Assembly: GCA_965215195.1 (NCBI GenBank) | Contig: CBDCDC010000002.1 | Coordinates: 4,000,001-4,064,000, forward strand | Length of the DNA: 64,000 nt | Direction: 5' to 3' | Source: Candidatus Latescibacterota bacterium | Lineage (GTDB): Bacteria; Latescibacterota; UBA2968; UBA8231 | In this document: one piece after another, positions 48,626 to 58,216 of the stretch | Numbering within the stretch: position 1 is the stretch's first letter | Layout: every line of letters begins with the position of its first letter | Program-made: the position numbers and the translations under genes | Notes under the pieces: model-generated | The model's database searches: none | What the model was told of the DNA's origin: nothing | What the model saw: only the letters and a program-made list of their open reading frames with translations

Positions 48626-50308
48626 TCACTGTTCCTCTTGTACCAAGGTTTTCAGGTTCTCTTCGTGGATCTTGACTTGGGGCTCGTATTGGTGCCGCAG
48701 CTCGCTCACGAACCGGAAGAAGGCCGCATCGCGCTTCCGGCGCAGGACCATGGCCCGGGCTCGGGTCGCGACCTCGGCGAAGGGCTGGGGGCCGGCTCCG
48801 AAGGTTGATTCGACGACCCTGAACACGGAATAGTAGCGGTCTTCTGACGCCGCACCACCGGGGGGCACCTCCACTTCGATGGGACCCAGCAGGTCGCCCG
48901 GCCCGGCTTCCCCGGCGGCTTCAAACAGGGCCTCGTGCGCTTCTCTCTGATACCAATGGAGGTGGAATCGCCCGCTGTCTGGTATGGCCACGCGCCGCAG
49001 GGTATGCTGCTGGGCGAGGACCCGCAGGTTTTCACCGCGCTCAATCCGGTGCCGGAGCGCGACCGCTTCTTCGCGTGTCGCGAGCAAAATTTCGTCCAGC
49101 GTCAGGGCCTCTTGGGGGACGAAACTCTGCGGATTTTGGGCATAGAAGCGCCGCGCCTCGTCCTCGTCCACCTGCACCTCGCCCGTCACCTGCTTCCTGA
49201 TGACCGCCAGCAGGCGTTCCTGCTCTCTGGCTTGACGCCAAGCGACCATCTCCCGCTCGCGGTCGATTCCGGCATTGCGAGCGGCCTGCACAGCCAGCGC
49301 ACGGGGGACTAGGACGGACTCGGCAAACCAGCGTACCTGCTCTCGCACCTCGCCCGAGAACTCCCGGTAGTTCTCCCGGGCCGAGTCCACGAACTCTCCC
49401 ACCGTAATAGTGCCGCCATCGAATTCGTAGAGCACCTTGGTGCGCTCCGCCGCGGAAAACGCGCGTCCCTCGCTCTCCAGACGCACGGCGAGAAACTCGA
49501 TAGCGTCTTCTCGGGGACGCACGTCCAGAGCATCCCGCAGTTGCCGGCCGAGCTCCATGGATCGAAGGCCGGCCTTTTTCCGGTGGAGCTCGGTCACCAC
49601 TATACTCCGCACCCGTTCGAGTGAAACAGGTGCCTCGTCCATGACTTGGAACACGCCGTAGGTGCCGCCCGGCAGGGGTATGGGTTCGGAGATCTGACCC
49701 TTCGCGAGCGGAAAGACCTTTTCCTGCATGACGGGCAGGGGCATCTGGTCCTTGGTGGCGTACCCCATGAATCGGCCCCCCTGCTCGGCCGTCGCACGGT
49801 GGGTCGAGTGCTGCCGCGCCAACTCCCCGAAGTCGCTGCCGCCCTGCAACAGGCGCACGATCTCCTCGGCTTCCTCCTTGCTCTCGACCTCGATCTTGCC
49901 CCCCATGACCGCGCGATTCCGTCCAGTCTTCAGGTAGTGGTCGTGGATTTCCCGCTCTTCGAGCGCGATCTTCGCGTCCACTTCCCGGGCGAAGAATTCG
50001 TTCACCAGCCGCTCGGTCCATTCGCGCTCCAGCTTGCGGCGCATGTCGCGGTCGCGGTCCCAACCCCGCACTGCCGCTTCCCGAATGAGGATCTCCTTGT
50101 CGATTAGAGCCTGCAGATGCTGCCGTCGCCCTTCGATGCCCGCCTCCTTGGCCCTCAGGCTTTCGCCTAGGCGCTCCTCAAAGCGGCGTAGCTGGGCGGC
50201 GTGAATGCGGGTGTCTCCCACCTCGGCCAGCACCGGGCCATGCGCGTCTTCCCCGCAGCCCGCTAGGACGATGCCCAGAGCCAAGGCCAGTGGTGCTGCC
50301 TTTATCAT
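48626..50308 (-). CDS. Lipoprotein with SurA/PpiC-type peptidyl-prolyl isomerase domains
   Basis: Lipobox VLAGC; DFGELARQHS..GG, GQISEPI; second rotamase-like domain. Confidence 0.85.
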   Translation of the reverse strand: MIKAAPLALALGIVLAGCGEDAHGPVLAEVGDTRIHAAQLRRFEERLGESLRAKEAGIEGRRQHLQALIDKEILIREAAVRGWDRDRDMRRKLEREWTERLVNEFFAREVDAKIALEEREIHDHYLKTGRNRAVMGGKIEVESKEEAEEIVRLLQGGSDFGELARQHSTHRATAEQGGRFMGYATKDQMPLPVMQEKVFPLAKGQISEPIPLPGGTYGVFQVMDEAPVSLERVRSIVVTELHRKKAGLRSMELGRQLRDALDVRPREDAIEFLAVRLESEGRAFSAAERTKVLYEFDGGTITVGEFVDSARENYREFSGEVREQVRWFAESVLVPRALAVQAARNAGIDREREMVAWRQAREQERLLAVIRKQVTGEVQVDEDEARRFYAQNPQSFVPQEALTLDEILLATREEAVALRHRIERGENLRVLAQQHTLRRVAIPDSGRFHLHWYQREAHEALFEAAGEAGPGDLLGPIEVEVPPGGAASEDRYYSVFRVVESTFGAGPQPFAEVATRARAMVLRRKRDAAFFRFVSELRHQYEPQVKIHEENLKTLVQEEQ

Positions 50309-53190
50309 TCTCTCAATCCGGCGTATACAGTGAGATAGGACAGGCCGCTCGTCTCGGTCTGATCTTGGCGGTCGAACGAGTCGATCTTCCGGCGGTCCAC
50401 CCGTATTCCAAGCGTCGACATAAGCCGGTATCCCACATAGCTGGTGGAATTGGTTAGCTGTAGAGCGAGGGATAGCTCATTGAAATCGCCGGTGGGATCG
50501 CCCCGGTTCAGGCCGGCCACCGGGTCGTCTGCGAACGCCACCTCCTGCTGCGCGAAGTCGCGGAAGAGGACCTGCTCTAGGCCGACGATCACCGTGCTGT
50601 GGCTCAGCAGCGGGATGTCCAGCCGCAGGGAGGCCAAGCCGGCCCACTCTTTGCGCTCGAATACCCGGTCGTTCAGGAGCCACTCCGCGTTAAACGGCGT
50701 GTCGTCGATGAACAGCTCGTGCTTGATGCGCGGACGGAGTTGAATTCCGTTGCTGAGGCGATAAAGCCAATCTAGCTTGTTGATCAAGCCGAGCCGCCGG
50801 GTGTGCTGGGAGATTTTCCGGCCCTTCCGGTCCACGGTGAGTTTCTCCCGCTGCCGCAGCACCTCATAGATCAGCTTATTCGCGGAGTTGATGCCGGCCT
50901 GGCCTTGGCGCTCAAAGGCGAGGGATAGCTTGTTGACCCACGTATTCGGTAGGCCCAGCGGATCCGGGATCGGGGTCATGCCCTCGTCCCTGAACCTTCC
51001 ATGCAGCCATTGGAAGAGGTCGTCGGCGATGTCGTCCTCAACTCGCTTCAACAGGTTGTAAACAGTCAGCTCGCCCACGCGGGGGTAGCTGCGCTCGAAC
51101 GCGAAAAGGGCATAGCTGCTCACGTTGGTCTCGCCGGTTGAGGGACGGCGCACCCGCTGGTGGCCCGCGGTGACCTTGGTGCCCGGCGCGATCCACGCAC
51201 CGCCGTACGCGTTGAATCCGCGGCGGTCGCGCTTATACGGGTAGTCAGGTTCGTCGTCGTTTTCAAAACGGTCCCCCCAGCCGTTGTTGTTCATGTCAAT
51301 GCCGAAGAGATACTCGGGCCGGTCCACGCCGTAGCGCAGGAAAGGCTCGGCGTAGTCGGGCACATTGTTGGGCCGCACTCGAGTGTTGTTCTGGTTGAAA
51401 TCGGAGATGAAATCGTTGTTCTCGTCGAGGCCGGGAAAAACCGCCTCGTCCGCGTACCCCTCAAACACGCGAATGCTGTTGCGTTCCTCGGGTGTCCTGC
51501 CGTCGTCGAATATGCGCTGCTGGTCGTTCTTGCGGTCGTTGTCGTCGTTGTCGTCGACGAAGTCGTAGAGGTAGCGCGAATGGGCCTGCGGCGTGTCCGC
51601 GTAGTTGACCCGACCCGCCGAATCCAAAAACCGCATGGTGGTCGAGTACTGGGCGTCCATGCCGAAGGCCTCGCCGAAGAGGTAGTACGGGTGGAAATCC
51701 TTGGCCACGTTGACCATCCACCCTTCGGCCGAGGGATTGCCCCGAATGCCCGCTGAAGTGGTGTGGGTGGTCCGGCTTACATCCGGGTACTTGCGGTACT
51801 GATGGTTCACATTGAACTCGCCGTAGAGCCTGAACCCGGCCAAATTGTCGGCCTCCACCGTAAAGCCGAGGACCTGGGTGGCGGTGGGCAGTCCGTAGTC
51901 AAAGACCACGGCACCAAGGTTGGAATGGTCCTGCACATTCCCCGGTGCCCGCACCATGGTCCTGAACACCGGGCGCGGTTCGAAGAGGGCGTTGTCGGTC
52001 TGCCGGTCGGAAGTGACTTCCACCTTGTAGTCGTTGCTCAGGACCAGCCGGAAGCGGACTTTGCTGATGTTGTTGACCGCATCGGCTAGGGACACCACCG
52101 TTTCCAAGTCGTCGAGGACCGCCGGGTCCGGATCCGCCAGCACGTAGTCCAGCCGGATCCGCCCCAGTTCGCCGCTGCCTTCGGCTATCAGGGCGCCATC
52201 CCGGGGGATGCCTCCCGAAATCCTAGGATGGAAGCCGATCTGGCTGCCCACCAGCACCGTGTCCAGCTCGCCTATCCGGGTCGTAATCTCGATCTCGTGG
52301 GCGAAGAGGGCGGGACCGCGCTCGCCAGCTTCCGGCGAATCGTCGGTAATCCGCACAGTGATCCGGTTGATGCGCGCGCCCGACTGGTGGGAGCTTAGCC
52401 TGCCGGTCCATGGACTCCCGTCGAAGGGCACGGTCGAGCTTCGCCCGTTGTGCGCGTTCACGAAGGTGCCGCCGATGCGCACAAAGTCGGCCAAATTCCC
52501 GACGGCTCGGAGAGCGACGAAATTGGTGAACTCGTCGATAAAACTGCGCGCTGGCAAAAACAGCGGGACATTGATTCTGGACATGAGGGCTGTGGCCGAG
52601 CCGCGATCCGACATATAGTCGAATTGGACCCCGTTGAAGGCCGTTTTGCGAAAGGTCATGGGCGTCAAGGTCGTGCCGATCTCGTCGCCGATGCTCACGC
52701 GGAAGTGGTGTTGCCCCTTGGCGTCCGCAGAGACCACGAGGGCGCCGAAAAGGTCTTTGTACCGTTCGGTCTTGTGGAGCAGGTTCCCCTCAGAGGTCCG
52801 AGGCTGGCTCTGCTGCCAATCGTAGATCAGCCAACCTCGGGTTAGGAGCCTGCCGTAGAGATCGTAGTGATTGTCGCCCTCCTGATCGATGGCCAGATAG
52901 CGCAGGTAGCGCTCGCGGGCGTAGTTGGTCCCCGCCTCCCACCGCCAGCGGTAGTGGTGGGCGACCTCTGGGGGCATGTACCATTTCTTGAGAGACGGAA
53001 CCAAGGCGTCCGGGCGCAGGCTGGGAGCCGCCGAGTAGTAGATCGCCCGGCCGCTCTCGCGGATTCCCAAGCGATTCCCGTAGTCCGACTGGGGCGCACC
53101 GGACTCGACGTCCAACGCGACCGCGAGCCCGACGAGGATGAGGATTCGGGATCCGGGCCGCCCGGTGTGCGCTTGGGGGGACTTGTTCAT
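50305..53190 (-). CDS. Large hypothetical envelope protein (paralog B), probable outer-membrane beta-barrel C-terminus
   Basis: KKWYMP..NYARERY..LTRGWLIYDW; DDNDDND / DENNDFISD / DMNNNG acidic loops; ends TVYAGLRE. Confidence 0.7.
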   Translation of the reverse strand: MNKSPQAHTGRPGSRILILVGLAVALDVESGAPQSDYGNRLGIRESGRAIYYSAAPSLRPDALVPSLKKWYMPPEVAHHYRWRWEAGTNYARERYLRYLAIDQEGDNHYDLYGRLLTRGWLIYDWQQSQPRTSEGNLLHKTERYKDLFGALVVSADAKGQHHFRVSIGDEIGTTLTPMTFRKTAFNGVQFDYMSDRGSATALMSRINVPLFLPARSFIDEFTNFVALRAVGNLADFVRIGGTFVNAHNGRSSTVPFDGSPWTGRLSSHQSGARINRITVRITDDSPEAGERGPALFAHEIEITTRIGELDTVLVGSQIGFHPRISGGIPRDGALIAEGSGELGRIRLDYVLADPDPAVLDDLETVVSLADAVNNISKVRFRLVLSNDYKVEVTSDRQTDNALFEPRPVFRTMVRAPGNVQDHSNLGAVVFDYGLPTATQVLGFTVEADNLAGFRLYGEFNVNHQYRKYPDVSRTTHTTSAGIRGNPSAEGWMVNVAKDFHPYYLFGEAFGMDAQYSTTMRFLDSAGRVNYADTPQAHSRYLYDFVDDNDDNDRKNDQQRIFDDGRTPEERNSIRVFEGYADEAVFPGLDENNDFISDFNQNNTRVRPNNVPDYAEPFLRYGVDRPEYLFGIDMNNNGWGDRFENDDEPDYPYKRDRRGFNAYGGAWIAPGTKVTAGHQRVRRPSTGETNVSSYALFAFERSYPRVGELTVYNLLKRVEDDIADDLFQWLHGRFRDEGMTPIPDPLGLPNTWVNKLSLAFERQGQAGINSANKLIYEVLRQREKLTVDRKGRKISQHTRRLGLINKLDWLYRLSNGIQLRPRIKHELFIDDTPFNAEWLLNDRVFERKEWAGLASLRLDIPLLSHSTVIVGLEQVLFRDFAQQEVAFADDPVAGLNRGDPTGDFNELSLALQLTNSTSYVGYRLMSTLGIRVDRRKIDSFDRQDQTETSGLSYLTVYAGLRE

Positions 53191-55979
53191 CACAGCCCAG
53201 CATATACGGTTATGAAGGTGGTGCTCAATTCGCGGCCCCGGTCTTCCTTCTCCGACCTTCCTTGGTCGCCGGCGGCGATGAACTCGTCCCAAGCCCGGGT
53301 GTAAATAATGCCAAACTGGGTGGTCAGGGTATAGCCCTGGTATTCCCGGACGTTGGACCACTGGGCGGCCAGCACCAAGCTGCGGGAGTCGCCCGTGGCC
53401 CCCACCCGGTTGGCGTCGAGGGCCTCCTGCTCGTCTAGCATCAGCTCCACAACTCGATGGTATTCCAGCCCGGCCTCGAGAGACGACGCGCTCAGCATGG
53501 GATGTCGCAGCAGCAGGGTGCCCGTTCCCGTCCACTCTTGGCGCTCGTCGCCCCCTAGGATGAAAGGTGCTTGGTTCAGGTACTCGCTCTTGATCTTGGG
53601 TTGGACCTCGAGACCGCCGACGCGGTAGGTGTAATCCGCTTTGTTGATGAGCCCGAAGAAGTGGGTGCGTTTCTCGAGGATAGGGCCGACGCCCCGTGCG
53701 TAGGCGTCTCCCTGCTGAGCATACAGGTCGTACTTGATTTTGGTACGCGTTTTCAACTCGCTCACCGGGCGATAATCCAACTCCAGGTAGGTCGAGTTTA
53801 CCCAGGTGTCGCGGGCCGGGAGCAGGTCCTCGATGTTGGCGAGGTTGCCAGTGGCGAGACCGAGGTACGGAGTCATCTCCCGGCGGTCGTCGGGTATGGT
53901 GTCCTTGGTCCGCTTGAGCATGTTGTAGACCCGAACCGCGCCGAATCGGGGATAGTCGTGCGCAAAGGTGACCAGCCCGTAGGTCGTGTGGTTTTTGCGG
54001 GCAGCAGACAACGAGTTGACCCGCAGAAGCCCCAGCGTGGCCCTGATGTCGGGCGTTACAAAAGCGCCACCGTACACGTTGTACCCCTGCTGGTCTGTTT
54101 TGTAGGGATAGTCGGCCAGATCGTCGTTCTCGAAGCGGTCCACCCAGTTGTTGTTGTTTAGGTCAATGCCGAAGAGGAACTCGGGCCGGTCTGAATAGTA
54201 GCGAAAGAAGGGCTCCTCATAGTCGGGGATGCGATTCGATAGAATGACGCTGTCGTTCTGATTGAAGTCCGACACAAAGTCGTTGTTCTCGTCCCAGCCA
54301 GGGAACACATTGGCATCACCGGAGCCCTGCTCGAATCGGGCCCAGTCGGAAATCCGGTCTTGGTCGTCGTTGTCTTCGACGAACTCGTAGAGGTGTCGGG
54401 TCGAATGGTCGTAGAGGATGTCCCCTTCGCTGTTTACGAGGTACGCCGCGGTGGAGTAGTCGGGGTCTAGGCGGAAGGCCTCTGCGAAGGCGAAGAACGG
54501 ATAGGCCACCTTCGACACATTGACCATCCACGCTTCTGCCTCCTTGGAATAGCTGGACAGAGCGCGGCCTGCTTGCGCTAAGCTGGGGCTGGGGAACTGG
54601 TGGTAGGACCGGCTGATGGCCAGTTCGCCGTAGGCATCAAATCCCATCACCTCCTTGACGTCTACGGTGAATCCGTAGACCATGTTCGCCGTAGGCAAGC
54701 CGTATTCGAAGACGAGCCGGGTCTGGTTGGAGTTGTCCGGCACATTGCCTGCGGCCCGGGCCACTTCGAAGAGCGCCGGCGCGCGCTCGTCGATATCTTC
54801 GCCGCTGAGCGGCAGGTGGGGCATGGGGCGCAATCCGGTCTGGCGATCGGACCATATCTGGATGCGGTAGTCGTTGGCCACCACCAGATCGAAGGTGATC
54901 TTCGCGATGGTATTCGGCCGCGGCCCAGTGTAGGCGATGTCGGTGAAGTCGTAACTGATTACGATCTTCTCGTCCCCGTCCGCACTCTGGAAGCCCTCGT
55001 GGTGGAATCCGCCGCTGACCACGGGCCACGCGGCCGGATCGGTCACCATTGCCCGCTGGCGGATATCCTCCCGCCGCCCAGTGGCCGGGTCCTCCGTGGT
55101 TATGATGATCTCGTGCGAGAACAGGGCCGCGCCGGCCACGCCATCGTCCGGTGAATCGTCGCTCAGAACAAGGGCTAGGCCACGCACCGGGACCGCCCCT
55201 TGGTTGGCAGTTAGTGTGCCTTTGAGCGGGTTCCGCTCGAAGGCGTCCTCGAAGGTTGTGGAGTTGTGGGCGTTGACCATAGTCGCCCCTACTTCCACGA
55301 AGTCCCCAATCTGGGCGACGACCCGCCCGCCCATCAGGTTGGTGCCATTAGTCACTGTCACGGGTGCGTTCTTGGGCGTGGTACTGGCGATCGGAAAGCT
55401 GATCCGGGAAAACAGCATTGAGCCGCGGTACTTGTCCGAGGCAAAGTCCATCTGTATGCCGTTGAAATTGGGCTTGGAGAAGGTGAGCGGGGTCAACGCC
55501 GTCCTGATCTGATTTCCGGCCGTTATGGCATAGTGAAACTGGCCCTTGGAATCCGAGCTCACGAGGACGCTGCTGAACCAGCTAGAGAACCTCGGATCCT
55601 TGTAGAGGGAGGAACCGAACTGGCCGGGCTGACTCTGGTTCCAGTCGTAGACCAGCCACCCCCGGGTCAAGTAGTTGCCGTAGAGATCGTAGAAGGGGTC
55701 CCCCTCGCGGTCGGTGCCTACGTAGCGCTGGTACTGTTCGCGGGCATAGTTGGAATACTCCCACTGCTGCCAGCCGTACAGCTCGTACAGCTCCTGTGGC
55801 ACGTACCATTTCTTGAGGGCTGGATCCAAGGCGTCGTACAGGACCCCAGGTCCCTTGGGTTCATAGGTTATATCCCTCCCTCGCCGCTCGGAGGATTGAC
55901 CGCACACCTCGGATGCCTGCATCGTGGCGGTGAGCACGAACGCGCCCAGCACTCTCGCCGCCTTGCCGGTCGTCAACAT
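53190..55979 (-). CDS. Large hypothetical envelope protein (paralog A), probable outer-membrane beta-barrel C-terminus
   Basis: Signal peptide; KKWYVP..NYAREQY..LTRGWLVYDW; same acidic loops; ends TVYAGL. Confidence 0.7.
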   Translation of the reverse strand: MLTTGKAARVLGAFVLTATMQASEVCGQSSERRGRDITYEPKGPGVLYDALDPALKKWYVPQELYELYGWQQWEYSNYAREQYQRYVGTDREGDPFYDLYGNYLTRGWLVYDWNQSQPGQFGSSLYKDPRFSSWFSSVLVSSDSKGQFHYAITAGNQIRTALTPLTFSKPNFNGIQMDFASDKYRGSMLFSRISFPIASTTPKNAPVTVTNGTNLMGGRVVAQIGDFVEVGATMVNAHNSTTFEDAFERNPLKGTLTANQGAVPVRGLALVLSDDSPDDGVAGAALFSHEIIITTEDPATGRREDIRQRAMVTDPAAWPVVSGGFHHEGFQSADGDEKIVISYDFTDIAYTGPRPNTIAKITFDLVVANDYRIQIWSDRQTGLRPMPHLPLSGEDIDERAPALFEVARAAGNVPDNSNQTRLVFEYGLPTANMVYGFTVDVKEVMGFDAYGELAISRSYHQFPSPSLAQAGRALSSYSKEAEAWMVNVSKVAYPFFAFAEAFRLDPDYSTAAYLVNSEGDILYDHSTRHLYEFVEDNDDQDRISDWARFEQGSGDANVFPGWDENNDFVSDFNQNDSVILSNRIPDYEEPFFRYYSDRPEFLFGIDLNNNNWVDRFENDDLADYPYKTDQQGYNVYGGAFVTPDIRATLGLLRVNSLSAARKNHTTYGLVTFAHDYPRFGAVRVYNMLKRTKDTIPDDRREMTPYLGLATGNLANIEDLLPARDTWVNSTYLELDYRPVSELKTRTKIKYDLYAQQGDAYARGVGPILEKRTHFFGLINKADYTYRVGGLEVQPKIKSEYLNQAPFILGGDERQEWTGTGTLLLRHPMLSASSLEAGLEYHRVVELMLDEQEALDANRVGATGDSRSLVLAAQWSNVREYQGYTLTTQFGIIYTRAWDEFIAAGDQGRSEKEDRGRELSTTFITVYAGL

Positions 55980-56016
55980 GGAGAGGCCCTCTCTCGGTGA
56001 AATCGCCAAACCAGTT

Positions 56017-58200
56017 TCAGTATATCACTTCGACCACGGTGGCGGCCGTCTCGGCACTGGCCGCGCTGTGTACCTCTACGTGCGCCAGATAGATCCCAGG
56101 CGGCACGAGCTCGCCACTGCCGTTGGTTCCATCCCATGGAATCGACCAGTGACCGCCTCCCTGCTCGCCGGAGAAGAGGCGGCGAACGAGGTGGCCGGCC
56201 AGATCGAGCACCCTCACCTCCACGGGCACGGGACCGATCACGCGGGACAGGTCGTAGGAGATACGGGTCTGGTCGTTGATCCGGTCGCCGTTGGGGCTGA
56301 GGGGCCGCGGTACGGCCCGGGTATTGATCAGGACGTGGCCGCCCGCAAGGGGCACGTCCACCGACAGCACCCGCGGGTCTGCCGTTCCCAGCGGAGGAAA
56401 GGGGGCGTCCTCGGGGCCGAGGTGGGCCGCGTTTCCGGCGAGGATCTTCTGACCGGTGATCCCGGTTTTGGTGTTGCCGGCCCACCCGGTAAAGGTCGTC
56501 CCGTATTTGAGGACGCGGCAGCGAAACCGGATCCTCAGGACGGCGGCCTCGTCGGCCTCTAGGTCGCTATCCGTTATGACCGGGAAGCGCACTCGGAACC
56601 GCCGTTCCTCCACCGCCTCGATGCCGAAGTCGGCGGCCGGATCGGTGGGCAGCACCGACGAGCTCAGATCCCAACCGGAGAAATCCGCCGCCTCGGTGCG
56701 GCCGTCGTGGAAGCGGACCTGGACCGAGTCGATCGCTTCGACCCGGACCGGCGTGGCGATCTCGAAGGTGTCGAAGCCGCTGTCTCGGCCCGGTCGTATC
56801 CGGGTTGGCATGACCGCGTAGGTGAAGGTTGCCGGAACGGCCAGCTCAGCCTGACGAGGGTAGATCTCTCCGACGATCCGCTCGGCCGCCGGCGGGAACA
56901 CCGTGAAGGATAGCTGCCCAACCCCGGTCGCTGCTTCGAGGTCCCGGCTCACCAGCTCGACCCGGACCTGAAAATAGCGCCGTGGGCCCGGAGTGGTGAC
57001 GACCGCCCCGAGCTGCTCGTCAGCGATGTTCTCGACCGCGATGCCGCTGGTGCCCTCTTGCCCATAGGGCGCCGACCACGGCGTCCAGGCGTCTGGATCG
57101 TCCCGGATCTCACCCCGTGGCCTCAGGCCGCGATAGTCCTCCAAGCTCAGAGCTACGCGGTTTTTCTCTGCCAGCGGCAGCGCCCGGTAGGCTCGTAGCG
57201 CATCGAGCGGCTCCAGATCATCCAAGGCGATCTGCTCTCCCGCGGCCGTGGTGGCGACCGCGCCCTGCTGCCAAGGGAGATTCACCGAACCACCGGGACC
57301 CGGGCGGGTGAATTCCAGCGGCGTATCGTCGTGCCCGGCGCGCGTCGCAATGCGGGCCTGCGCCATCCCTTTGGGACCCAGGCTCTCCTCAATCCATCGG
57401 ATCTTGCCCCACACGCCCCAGTTGGAACCCAGATCGTAAACATTGGAGATGTACTGGGCCTCGGGCACGAACCCCGTCCCGAATACCCGAAACTCGGCGA
57501 TTTCAAAGCCGATGGAGGTCTGCGACCTCAGTCGCAGGAAGCGAAGGTACTGGGGGGGAATCCGCAGGTCGACCACGGGCTGATCGTTCTGCAACTCCAG
57601 CTTGAAGCTGGTCATCACCGGCCGGCCGGACTCGTCTCGGGCATTCTCGCTGCCGTCGTTGACCAAAAGCTCGTACGCGCGCAGATAGTCGTTCTGGAAA
57701 GGAAAGTCGGGGGCCGCGAAATTTGGGGCGTTGCGCGGAAAGAACTGGATCCGGTTCACCCCGAAGCGCGCGCCCAAGTCAAAGTCGAGCATGGCCCCGA
57801 AGGCGAGGACCTGTGGCCCCTCCGCCTCGCTCTTGCGGGTAAAAGCCGTCTCGAGATCGCCGTCCACCATCAGGAGCAGGTCCTCGGCGATGCCGAGCGT
57901 CAAGAGGTTCGGCGAAGTCAGCGTGGCACCGGCCGCGATATTCTTGGTGGAGTCGGCTCTCTGGGGGAAGAGCCAACCCGGCTTTCCGGGAAAGTCGAAG
58001 TCCACCACATCGCCCGGGGCGTTGGTAATCGCGGCCTCGTCGACGCTGATCTGCACCGCGGCCGGGATCGCTCCACCACCGCCGCTCCAAGGTTGGCCAC
58101 TGGCGCCGCCCAACACCCGGCTTTCAGCAGCCAGATTCTGGGTCGCTAGGCAAAAGGTCCCCAGCATGCCCAAGCTGGTTCTGATCCACTGCATTTTCAC
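56017..58200 (-). CDS. Secreted protein with discoidin-like domain and FlgD-Ig C-terminal domain
   Basis: Signal peptide; DGDLET..FDLG..EIAEFRVFG; SPNGDRIND..WDGTNGSGELVPPGIY. Confidence 0.75.
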   Translation of the reverse strand: MKMQWIRTSLGMLGTFCLATQNLAAESRVLGGASGQPWSGGGGAIPAAVQISVDEAAITNAPGDVVDFDFPGKPGWLFPQRADSTKNIAAGATLTSPNLLTLGIAEDLLLMVDGDLETAFTRKSEAEGPQVLAFGAMLDFDLGARFGVNRIQFFPRNAPNFAAPDFPFQNDYLRAYELLVNDGSENARDESGRPVMTSFKLELQNDQPVVDLRIPPQYLRFLRLRSQTSIGFEIAEFRVFGTGFVPEAQYISNVYDLGSNWGVWGKIRWIEESLGPKGMAQARIATRAGHDDTPLEFTRPGPGGSVNLPWQQGAVATTAAGEQIALDDLEPLDALRAYRALPLAEKNRVALSLEDYRGLRPRGEIRDDPDAWTPWSAPYGQEGTSGIAVENIADEQLGAVVTTPGPRRYFQVRVELVSRDLEAATGVGQLSFTVFPPAAERIVGEIYPRQAELAVPATFTYAVMPTRIRPGRDSGFDTFEIATPVRVEAIDSVQVRFHDGRTEAADFSGWDLSSSVLPTDPAADFGIEAVEERRFRVRFPVITDSDLEADEAAVLRIRFRCRVLKYGTTFTGWAGNTKTGITGQKILAGNAAHLGPEDAPFPPLGTADPRVLSVDVPLAGGHVLINTRAVPRPLSPNGDRINDQTRISYDLSRVIGPVPVEVRVLDLAGHLVRRLFSGEQGGGHWSIPWDGTNGSGELVPPGIYLAHVEVHSAASAETAATVVEVIY

Positions 58201-58216
58201 TCGATAGACCCTAACA

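Noticed and set aside
51280-54165. AAC-rich runs as the DGR template repeat
   Set aside because: They encode DMNNNG / DLNNNN loops inside the large proteins and do not align to the VRs
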